A stretch of DNA of 46,758 nucleotides from Acidimicrobiia bacterium. GTDB taxonomy: Bacteria > Actinomycetota > Acidimicrobiia > Spongiisociales > JAENVV01. The notes below the pieces were generated by a model that did no database searches, had not been told where the DNA came from, and was given only the letters and a program-made list of their open reading frames with translations. The translations under genes were made by a program, and so were the position numbers. Within the stretch, counting starts at the first letter, position 1. Every line of letters starts with the position of its first letter. The stretch is from positions 80,389 through 127,146 of the forward strand of contig JBFGJH010000002.1 in NCBI GenBank assembly GCA_041577335.1, in the 5' to 3' direction. Positions 37,339 through 45,510 of the stretch are shown piece by piece.

Positions 37339-37355
37339 GGCCGGCGGCCTTTTTT
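37339..37355 (+). terminator. Probable weak intrinsic terminator after infA
   Basis: GGCC-GGC-GGCC followed by TTTTTT. Confidence 0.5.
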
Positions 37356-37477
37356 AGCGCCTTTCAAGAGATTGCGACACAAGCTGCCGCCGTTCAGCTG
37401 AGCGAGCCAGCGCCGATGTTTGCCTGTCGGTGACGATTGCCTTCTGTCGGGCCTCTTCTCCCTCTAGTTTTTGAACC

Positions 37478-38503
37478 ATGAGCGATGCCGAGGCACGAGC
37501 CACATACCGTCGACTCCAGTGGATGGTGGCGATCGTCAGCGTGACCGCTGTCTTGGCTTTCGTGGCCGTCCAGCGAGCGCCTAGCCCCGTATACGAGTCA
37601 GGCTCAAATGTGAGCCCATACGGGTACACCATTTCCCTCGTCCTGTTCTTTGTTCCGGTTGCGTTTCTTTTCGTGTGGTTCTGGCAGCGGCGGCGAACAC
37701 TCCGCGAGAACTGGAAGGCCTTCTGGGTTACCTTCGCCATCATCGTCGTTGTTTGGTCGGTTCTCGACGTTCTGCTCGCCAACACGATCTTCGAGTTCCC
37801 GAACCCGGATGCAACCGTGGGATTCGACCTGCCCGGCTACGACCCGGCGACCGGGTGGGGGCGGAATGTCCCGATCGAAGAGTTCCTTTTCTACATCAGT
37901 GGCAGCGCCATCATCTTGCTGCTGTACATCTGGAGCGCTGAGGTGTGGTACTCGCACTACTCGCGCGACAAGCTTGCATACAAGGAGTTCGGCGACGCCA
38001 AGCTGTTTTTGCGGGACCTCTTCCATGGGCGGTCGCTCGCTATTGGCGTCGGGCTCGTGATCGCAGGGATCGTGGCCAAGAAGCTGGGCCCGACTCCGGA
38101 CGGATTCCCGCTCTACTTCACGTTCCTCGTCCTCATCGTCGTGACTCCGACGGCCATGTGTTTCGAAGCGGTGCTTCGTTTTCTCAATCTCCGGGCCTTT
38201 CTCTTCACCATCCAAACACTTCTGGCGATCAGCATCCTGTGGGAGGTGACGCTGGGTCTGCCGTATGGCTGGTGGGGATACGAACCGCAGAACATGCTGG
38301 GCTGGTTCATCACACCGTGGTCGGATCTTCCCATCGAAGCCCCGTTGCTCTGGCTGGTCGCAGCCTGGAGCAATATCGGAATCTACGAGGTGGCCAAGAT
38401 CTTCTTCACGGTGCGGGATCGAAAGATCAAGGACGTCCTGTTCACGAAAGCCGTCGTTGTTGGGCAACCCTTTCCTGAAGATACAGGGCACCTGCCGACG
38501 TAG
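37478..38503 (+). CDS. Multi-pass membrane protein with two lycopene-cyclase (CrtYc/CrtYd)-like repeats
   Basis: Repeat 1: LDVLLANTIFEFPN...G...VPIEEFLFY. Repeat 2: LWEVTLGLPYGWWGY...MLG...LPIEAPLLW. The family call is a motif-level inference. Confidence 0.6.
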   Translation: MSDAEARATYRRLQWMVAIVSVTAVLAFVAVQRAPSPVYESGSNVSPYGYTISLVLFFVPVAFLFVWFWQRRRTLRENWKAFWVTFAIIVVVWSVLDVLLANTIFEFPNPDATVGFDLPGYDPATGWGRNVPIEEFLFYISGSAIILLLYIWSAEVWYSHYSRDKLAYKEFGDAKLFLRDLFHGRSLAIGVGLVIAGIVAKKLGPTPDGFPLYFTFLVLIVVTPTAMCFEAVLRFLNLRAFLFTIQTLLAISILWEVTLGLPYGWWGYEPQNMLGWFITPWSDLPIEAPLLWLVAAWSNIGIYEVAKIFFTVRDRKIKDVLFTKAVVVGQPFPEDTGHLPT

Positions 38504-41500
38504 CCAGGTCGGAGGCGTTGCGAAGAGCCTGTGCCCGGCGCTCTCCTTCCGACACCCCGGCGATGGCGAGGTGGACCAACGCCTCTTCGAATGGCATACG
38601 GAACTCCCTGGCGGCCGACAAGGCTCTCGCCCATGATCGTAAGGCACTGCGCGGCGAACCGGATCGCGCCTGGCGATGTCCCTCCAGCCAGCGAAGCGCA
38701 GGCTCGGAGACCGTGAGGCCGCGTCGGAGCCCGCGGAATGCTCGGGCAACTGTTCGCAACCCTTCATCAACCAGGTGATCGTCGGGAGATTGTTGGTCGT
38801 ACTCGAGCCAGAAGCGTCCCGCCAGGAGGTAGCCGTCGTAGGCGTACGGGGCTGTGAATGGCTGCGCGGCTCGAATGAGCGATAGCGCTTCGTCTGCGAC
38901 CCCCCGGGCCGTACCGGGATCTCCAGTACGCAGCAGAGCAATCGCCCGAGCTCCCAGGATCTTGAGAACCGCCGCTTGATCGCCGGTGGAACGCGCTGAG
39001 TGCACATGGGCGTCGGTGAGCAGCAGGGCATCGAGCGGCCGGCCTTGGCGCAAAGCCACTTCCGACCGCCAACCGTCGGCGAGAACTCCCATCTGACTGT
39101 CATCGAACCGCTCGGCGAGATGCCCGAGTCTGACATACAACCGCTCCTCGTCGTCGAGGCGACCGGTGAGGTGAGCGTGATAGGCCATCAGGCTCGTGCA
39201 GCTCCGCACGCCGCGATGACTGGCGTGATTCTCGTAGGTCTCGAGCGACTCGGCGAGCAGTGAGGCAGCTTCACCCCACTCGGCGACGGTTCCGAGGAAA
39301 CCAGCGCGGTTGTAGAGGACTTCGGCCCTGACGATAGCGTCGTCGACACGGCGTCCGATCTCCTCGGCCCGCTCGTGGTACCGCTTGGCTGTCTTCTCCA
39401 GGCCGAGCACTCCCGTGACGTACATGAGGAAGCTCTGACTCAGGGCCAGGACGCCCGATTCCGGAGCCCTTTCTGCGGCGTTCAGCGCCGACAGACCTGC
39501 GTAGAAGAGGGACAGGGCGTCGAGGTTGGCGAACGTGGTTGTGCCCAAGGCGAAGTAGATCTCTGCCTTCTCGAGCTCTTCCAGGCGGGAACGTGTGTCG
39601 ATGGATCGTCGAGGCGAGAAGCGGTGCCACATCTGGACAGTTCCTTGGTAGGCGATACTCGTCGCCAACGACTTGCCGCGCGGCAGCTCGAGATTCAACT
39701 CGCCGAGCGCATCTACCAGCAAGGCGTGGGTGCGAGCGAGGTCGCCGAGGCCGCGGCGCGAAATCGCCTCTTTGCGCTTCCACCGGGCGCGCTGCAGGGC
39801 GGTCGCGCTTGGCGGTGCCATCTCGTGTGTATCCGCAAAGATGTCGGCAGCTTCGGGAAATGAGCCGGTTCGGAGAGACAAGTCGCCGGCTCTCTCGAAC
39901 GCCTCCACCGCTCTCTCGAACTCCTCGGCCTGGCGCCAATGCTCGGCAAGGATGAAAACGTCCCCTTCTCCAGCTCGATCCGAGTACCACCGGGCCGCCT
40001 CCCCGTGGAGGTGGCGTCGTTGCCGGTCAGGGATCAGCCCGTACGTGACGTCCCGGAGCACGGCGTGCTTGAACGCAAAACCTTCAGGATCGGGCAGGAG
40101 GAGCTCGACGGCTGCGAGCCGGCTCAGCTGCTCTGTCAGTGCGACGGCACTGTCGGAAGTGGGATGGATGCCAACCAGAGCTTCGACGTCGATCTCGCTG
40201 CCCAAGACACTCGCCACCTTGAGCGTCAGGAGCTCGTTGACATGCAGTTGGTCGAGCCGAGTGGCCACGGTGTCCTGCAAGGTGGCGGGAGCCGTGAAAG
40301 ACCGCAGCGCAGAGCGATCCAATTCGGCTCGCCGCTCCTCGCGGACAACCCGCACAACACCCTGATCTCGGAGGCTCTGGACGAGCTCCTCTGTGAACAG
40401 CGGATGGCCTTCGGCCTTCTCGCGAAGCAGATCTGCGATGGGAGGAGGGAGGAAGTCGACATCGAGAAGCTGGCTCGCCATTGCGAGTGTGTCGGTATCG
40501 GTCAGCGGTCCGAGGTCGAGCCGGGGGCCTGAGCTCGTGTTGATGAACTCGGACCATTGCTCCGGTGGTTCGCGCGACGATGGGCGGGCTATGGCGACGA
40601 CACCCGTGCCAGGTCGTTGTCGAAAGAGTTTTTCGCAGAGAAGCAGAGACGCTGAGTCCATCCATTGCTCGTCCTCCAAAACGAGCACTGCTGGCCCTCG
40701 CCCAATCAGCGTCTGGAAGAGATCGGAAAGCAGGTCACGGGTGGCGTCGGCGTCACCTTCGTCGGTTCCAGCCGGTCCTTCCGCGCCGAAGGCCGCCATC
40801 AAGAGAGGAAGGACGGCATTCGCATCGGCGCCGATCAGCCGTACTGCTCGGTCGGCGACGTCGGCCGCCGAGGCTCGCTGGTCGAGTTCCATGAGTGCTC
40901 TGAATACCGGTCGCCACGGTGCATACGGAGAAGAGCGGGTGAGCTGGTTCGCAGCCAGGCCGATCGTCCGCAAGCCCATGACACGTGCTCGGTCGAGCGC
41001 CGCCTGCACCAGTCGGGTTTTGCCGATCCCTGCGTCGCCTCGCACAGTGATCACGCTCGCCCAACCGTGCGCATGTAGGCGCGTCAAAGATTCGACCATC
41101 GATCGGAGCTCGCCGTGACGCCCCACCAGCGGTACCTCGCCAGGTGCGTTGCTGTGATGAATACCGAGCGGGCGGTAGAACGCCACAGGCTCCTGAAAGC
41201 CCTTGAGGGGCATGACGCCTCTGCCGACGAACGCAACCTGATGACTGGCCAAGGAGCGGACGCCACCATCGCACAACACCTCGTCATGCGCTGTTTGCAT
41301 GAGCCGAGCCGCTCGATTGACCGCGTGACCGATCGTCGTGTAGTCACGCCGGCGGCTCGAGCCGAGCTGGCCCACAAAGGCCGTCCCGGTGGCGATGCCG
41401 ATGCTGATCCCGGCGATTCGCTCTCGGAGCTCCATGGCCGCCAGCACCGCGCTCACGGCGATGTCGCGACTCGCTTGAAGGCCCGTCCATCGGACGACGA

Positions 41501-42383
41501 CCACCAGGCCTTTGTCGTCGTACAGCACGCGGGCGACGCTGCCCCCGTACTCATTGACCGTGGCCTGAGCCGTACGAACGGCCTGGTGGATTGCACCAAG
41601 AGCAATGTTGGTTTCGAAATGGTCGAGGCGGATGAATGCCATCGTGATGCGGCGCAGTTCGGCGATCCAGTCGGTCTGGCCGCCGGCAACGGCTTCGCGC
41701 ACCAGCGGGGGAATGAACGGATCGACGGGCGCATGGGCGGGCGGCGCAAGTCTCTTCGTTGGCGAAAGCGGCGGTGGAGCGGTGAAATCGACGCGAGCGA
41801 ATTTGCCGCGCGGTGTCGCCCGGCCAGCCAGCTGCTGAGCCAATGTGCCCGCCGCCACGAGCTCGCCCGGTTCGGCAACACCGATCGCCGTCGTTGCGCC
41901 CAGCACGGCGCCTCCGGCCGTGAGATGGTGCCATTCGCCGTCGACACCGCCGATCACGGCCTCCCAAATCTGGCCCATGGCAGCGCCGCTCCGGAGGCCG
42001 AGACCGTGGCCGGGCGTATCGATGGCGGAGGCGAGAGCACGGTTGGCGCTGTCGACGGCGGCCAACAGCAGGGCCAACGTGTTGGTGTCATCGTCGCCCC
42101 ACATCGCCAGCACGGCGTCTCCGGCAAACGTCATCACGTCGCCGCCGTAGTCGGTGACGGCGTCAACGACGGAGCTCAACGCCTTGCTGAGAATCTCGCC
42201 GATCTTGTCGGGGCTCCAGCCCTCGTCTGCCAGCCGCTCGGTGAGGGCGGAGAATCCGGAGATGTCGGCGAACAGGACAACCCCGGTTCGCTCTCCCTCC
42301 TCAGGCTCCACGATGGGATCGGTGCGATCGGCAAGCTGGGCCGCCAGGCCGACCGACACATAGGGCAGCATCGACTCAGCCAT
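38442..42383 (-). CDS. ADCY10/soluble-AC-like protein: tandem class III cyclase domains + STAND-type ATPase + TPR-like helical repeats
   Basis: C1 has FADISGF and FAGDA. C2 has DDKG, SIGIATG and DYTTIGHAVNRAARLM. Walker A GDAGIGKT, Walker B VLVLED, and GHPLF. Confidence 0.9.
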   Translation of the reverse strand: MAESMLPYVSVGLAAQLADRTDPIVEPEEGERTGVVLFADISGFSALTERLADEGWSPDKIGEILSKALSSVVDAVTDYGGDVMTFAGDAVLAMWGDDDTNTLALLLAAVDSANRALASAIDTPGHGLGLRSGAAMGQIWEAVIGGVDGEWHHLTAGGAVLGATTAIGVAEPGELVAAGTLAQQLAGRATPRGKFARVDFTAPPPLSPTKRLAPPAHAPVDPFIPPLVREAVAGGQTDWIAELRRITMAFIRLDHFETNIALGAIHQAVRTAQATVNEYGGSVARVLYDDKGLVVVVRWTGLQASRDIAVSAVLAAMELRERIAGISIGIATGTAFVGQLGSSRRRDYTTIGHAVNRAARLMQTAHDEVLCDGGVRSLASHQVAFVGRGVMPLKGFQEPVAFYRPLGIHHSNAPGEVPLVGRHGELRSMVESLTRLHAHGWASVITVRGDAGIGKTRLVQAALDRARVMGLRTIGLAANQLTRSSPYAPWRPVFRALMELDQRASAADVADRAVRLIGADANAVLPLLMAAFGAEGPAGTDEGDADATRDLLSDLFQTLIGRGPAVLVLEDEQWMDSASLLLCEKLFRQRPGTGVVAIARPSSREPPEQWSEFINTSSGPRLDLGPLTDTDTLAMASQLLDVDFLPPPIADLLREKAEGHPLFTEELVQSLRDQGVVRVVREERRAELDRSALRSFTAPATLQDTVATRLDQLHVNELLTLKVASVLGSEIDVEALVGIHPTSDSAVALTEQLSRLAAVELLLPDPEGFAFKHAVLRDVTYGLIPDRQRRHLHGEAARWYSDRAGEGDVFILAEHWRQAEEFERAVEAFERAGDLSLRTGSFPEAADIFADTHEMAPPSATALQRARWKRKEAISRRGLGDLARTHALLVDALGELNLELPRGKSLATSIAYQGTVQMWHRFSPRRSIDTRSRLEELEKAEIYFALGTTTFANLDALSLFYAGLSALNAAERAPESGVLALSQSFLMYVTGVLGLEKTAKRYHERAEEIGRRVDDAIVRAEVLYNRAGFLGTVAEWGEAASLLAESLETYENHASHRGVRSCTSLMAYHAHLTGRLDDEERLYVRLGHLAERFDDSQMGVLADGWRSEVALRQGRPLDALLLTDAHVHSARSTGDQAAVLKILGARAIALLRTGDPGTARGVADEALSLIRAAQPFTAPYAYDGYLLAGRFWLEYDQQSPDDHLVDEGLRTVARAFRGLRRGLTVSEPALRWLEGHRQARSGSPRSALRSWARALSAAREFRMPFEEALVHLAIAGVSEGERRAQALRNASDLATSAGALYLQERVAQQRRLS

Positions 42384-43539
42384 AGTCGGGTTCTTTCGTT
42401 CCCTTCCCGATGCGCGCCGCCCCTCGCTCGAGCAGGCGTGCCGTCGGCGTCGCAGGCCGAGATGCCTCCGTGCGCCACCAATCGAGTGATGCGGGGAGTT
42501 CGAATCGAGGTCGGCCCTGGTCGCGATCGGATGTCAGAAGATGGTCGATCAAGCCCATGCTGAAAGCACGAAAGAGACGCGATCGCCGTTTGAAGCGGAG
42601 AAAAAGGCGATCGATCCATCCGATGACATAGGCAACGGTGCGCATGAAGATATCCATCATGAGATTGCCGCGGACGCCGAGGCCCTTCCAGACCGGCCGG
42701 GGCAAACACAGCCGCATCGTGGCGGTGGGTATGCCCGGAAGAGACTTGTCTTCGAGTATCGGTATCAGGGCTGCGGTCAGCGTCCGGGAGGTCTCAGACG
42801 GTTCGATTTGGCGATCCTGGATTGTTTTCGTGAGGCGCTTGGCGTCGCGGTAGCTCGCAGGAACGAGTGCGCGATCGACGCCCATCCGGCGGCCGACATA
42901 CGCCCATGCGGCGATGTAGGCGTTGCGCTCGTGGCGGTTGAGGCGTATGCCGAGTTTGCGCAGCCCATCGATCGTGAGCGTCGAGAAGGTCATCAGTGTC
43001 CCTGCCATGTCCTCCTGGTTCAGCGGGAGGCCGCGTTCCGCCGAATCCCACGGCGGATCGTCGCGTTCGAGAATGAGCCGACGGATGGCCGCATGCATGA
43101 TGCGCACCCGGTCGACGGTCTGGGTCCCTACGGCATCTGGTCCAAGGCCACCGTCGGTCATCACGTCGACCACCATGAAGGCAGTCTCGATGAGACGTCG
43201 GTTCGTTTCGGCTCCCAGAAAGCCGGTTTGCGCCAGCACTTCCACACCGTTCTTGGCTGAATACGCGGCCGGTAGCGCATAACAACCAAGCAGCCACAGG
43301 ATCTCGGGCCCGTGGTCGAGGAAGACTTGCTGACCCTCTCCAACGACCTCGTCGGGAGGCTCGTAGGGAAATCGGGACAGCTCCGCCGGTATGGAGGAGT
43401 CCTCGAGTCGGGCTGACGAAAAAAGGTCTCCCATGGTGCGCCGCACGTCACCGGCCGCGATCGCAATGATCCGCCGGTCGGCCTCGGGGTCGCCGGCTTG
43501 GCGGAATGCATCGAGGGTTTCAGGCGACGGCGGCCACAC
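42376..43539 (-). CDS. Heme-dependent oxygenase of the MpaB/Lcp (DUF2236) family
   Basis: GDPEAD, ALPAAY, RRLIET, RVRIMHAAIR, W...GLPLNQED and WAYVGRRMGV. Confidence 0.88.
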   Translation of the reverse strand: MWPPSPETLDAFRQAGDPEADRRIIAIAAGDVRRTMGDLFSSARLEDSSIPAELSRFPYEPPDEVVGEGQQVFLDHGPEILWLLGCYALPAAYSAKNGVEVLAQTGFLGAETNRRLIETAFMVVDVMTDGGLGPDAVGTQTVDRVRIMHAAIRRLILERDDPPWDSAERGLPLNQEDMAGTLMTFSTLTIDGLRKLGIRLNRHERNAYIAAWAYVGRRMGVDRALVPASYRDAKRLTKTIQDRQIEPSETSRTLTAALIPILEDKSLPGIPTATMRLCLPRPVWKGLGVRGNLMMDIFMRTVAYVIGWIDRLFLRFKRRSRLFRAFSMGLIDHLLTSDRDQGRPRFELPASLDWWRTEASRPATPTARLLERGAARIGKGTKEPDYG

Positions 43540-43575
43540 GGTAGGCGTTCCCCTTTCTCAGGCGGAGCCTAACGG

Positions 43576-44403
43576 TCAGCGTTCTCGTGGTTCGGTCGCG
43601 GCGAGTCGGCGCCGGGCGATCTCCACTGCTTCCGGTAGCTGGTCGACCAGCAGGTATGACCGGCCGAGCCGCTTGGCGGCAACCCCGGTGGTGCCGCTCC
43701 CCGCGAAGAAGTCGGCGACGAGATCCCCCGGATGGCTCGAGGCCGTCACGATCCGCTCGGCGAGGCCGAGGGGCTTCTGCGTCGGGTAGCCGGTTCTCTC
43801 TCGGGAGGCCGTCGGCACAATCGTCATCCACCAGACGTCGGTCGGCAGTTTGCCGCGCTCGGCCTTTTCTGGCCCGACCAGCCCCGGAGCCATATAGGGG
43901 ATGCGGTCGATTTCTTCGCGATTGAAGACCCATTGGGGGCCTTTGGAGTACCACAGAATGGAGTCATGCTTGCGTGGCCACCGGTCTCGGTGGCGGCCTC
44001 CGTAGTCATAGGCCCAGATGATCTCGTTGAGGAACCGCTCTGCTCCGAAGACTTCGTCAAGGAGGAGTCGGGCGTAGTGCACGGCCCGAAAGTCGAGGTG
44101 CAGGTACAACGATCCCCGATCTGACAGGACCCGGTGCATCTCCTTGATCCGCACGAACAAGAAGGCCAGGTAGTCGTCGAATGTCATTGTGTCGTCATAT
44201 GCCATCGTTGAGACCTCTTCGGTGGCATATCGTCGTTCAGCAAACCCGATTCGACCATCTGGCGCCTGATGGACACGGGTGCGCCGCATCTCTTGCCGTT
44301 CGCCTGTTCCGAATGGTGGGTCTGTGTAGACCAAGTCAACCGATCCGTCCGCCAACGAACGCAGAACATTGAGGTTGTCATCACAGACCACGACGTCTCT
44401 CAT
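43576..44403 (-). CDS. Orphan N6-adenine/N4-cytosine DNA methyltransferase (beta-class motif order)
   Basis: DPPF precedes YPTQKP and DFFAGSGTT. Also NEIIWAY. Confidence 0.92.
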   Translation of the reverse strand: MRDVVVCDDNLNVLRSLADGSVDLVYTDPPFGTGERQEMRRTRVHQAPDGRIGFAERRYATEEVSTMAYDDTMTFDDYLAFLFVRIKEMHRVLSDRGSLYLHLDFRAVHYARLLLDEVFGAERFLNEIIWAYDYGGRHRDRWPRKHDSILWYSKGPQWVFNREEIDRIPYMAPGLVGPEKAERGKLPTDVWWMTIVPTASRERTGYPTQKPLGLAERIVTASSHPGDLVADFFAGSGTTGVAAKRLGRSYLLVDQLPEAVEIARRRLAATEPRER

Positions 44404-45452
44404 GGACGGCGTTGCTCGGCCAACGTGAGTAGGTGTCGAGCTGCCTCGCCCATTACCGCAAACCGATCATCTTTCGTTTGCCCGCGTTTCCATCGGATGT
44501 AGATCTGCTGAACGATGACCGCCATTTTGAACGAGCCAAATACGAGGTAGTAGTCGACAGCTTCCGGGCGGATACCGGTGCGATGGGCGTATCGAGCGAT
44601 CGCCTCAGCTCGTGTCATGAACCCGGGCACGCCCGTTGGCATCGGATTGAGGTCGGCGGGGATCTCACCCGAGTCGTACCACACGGATAGCAGGGTGCCG
44701 AGGTCGGCAAGCGGGTCGCCCTGCGTGCACATGTCCCAGTCGTAGACCGCCACGCACGTCGAGGGATCCTCAGGGTCCACTGCCATGTTGTCGAGGCGCC
44801 AGTCATTGTGGACCAGCGTCGGCGGAGGCGACGCCGGACGTCTCAGCTGGAGCCATTCGATGAGCGCATCGGCTATTTGCACATCTTGGTCTTTGGCGAG
44901 ATGCCACCGCCGTGCCCATCCGTCGACCTGGCGCTGCATGAAGCCGTCGGGGTGGCCCAGCTCGGCGAGGCCAGCTTCGTGCGGGTCGACGGCGTGGAAG
45001 TCGGCCAGTGTGTCGATGACCGCCTCGCTCAGTTGCCGGTTGATCTTCTCGTTGCGGCCACCACCGAACCGATCGGGCACGACCTTGCGAACGACGATGC
45101 CGTCTTTGCGCTCCATGACGAAGAACGGAACACCAATGACTGACGTGTCGTCGCAGAAGAGATAGCTGCGTGGAGCCGGTGGGAACGACCGCCACAACTC
45201 GGCGAGCACCCGATGTTCGCGGCCCATGTCATGGCTGCCTTCGGCCACCGGGCCGAGCGGGGGTCGGCGAAGCACATAGTCGACCTCGGGATAGCGCAGC
45301 AGGTAGGTGAGATTGGCATGCCCTCCTCCGAACTGTCTCACCTCGGGCAGACCGGTTGCCCCTGGGATGCGGGTGTGGAGATGCTCGGCAAGCGACGTGA
45401 CATCAAATCCTTCATCCGGTCTCACGTCGATGATGTCACCAGGCTCGGCCAT
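44400..45452 (-). CDS. APH-fold phosphotransferase (ACAD10 kinase-domain-like)
   Basis: FGGGHANLTY, LRRPP, HDMGREHRVL, HNDWRLDN and DWDM...GDPLADLG. Confidence 0.9.
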   Translation of the reverse strand: MAEPGDIIDVRPDEGFDVTSLAEHLHTRIPGATGLPEVRQFGGGHANLTYLLRYPEVDYVLRRPPLGPVAEGSHDMGREHRVLAELWRSFPPAPRSYLFCDDTSVIGVPFFVMERKDGIVVRKVVPDRFGGGRNEKINRQLSEAVIDTLADFHAVDPHEAGLAELGHPDGFMQRQVDGWARRWHLAKDQDVQIADALIEWLQLRRPASPPPTLVHNDWRLDNMAVDPEDPSTCVAVYDWDMCTQGDPLADLGTLLSVWYDSGEIPADLNPMPTGVPGFMTRAEAIARYAHRTGIRPEAVDYYLVFGSFKMAVIVQQIYIRWKRGQTKDDRFAVMGEAARHLLTLAEQRRP

Positions 45453-45510
45453 GGGGCGACGATACCAAAGCGACTGTGTAGCCTCTCGTGCGGACGAGTT
45501 TGGAGTGATA

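Noticed and set aside
37604..42563. Long alternative ORFs (37604-39136 minus, 41115-42563 plus, and similar ones across the window)
   Set aside because: These are antisense or off-frame shadows typical of high-GC coding DNA, with no motifs.
38442..44403. Avs/CBASS-type anti-phage or restriction-modification island
   Set aside because: No nuclease, TIR, SIR2 or other effector is present, there are no mobility genes, and composition does not obviously shift. The architecture fits signalling better, although defence cannot be fully excluded.
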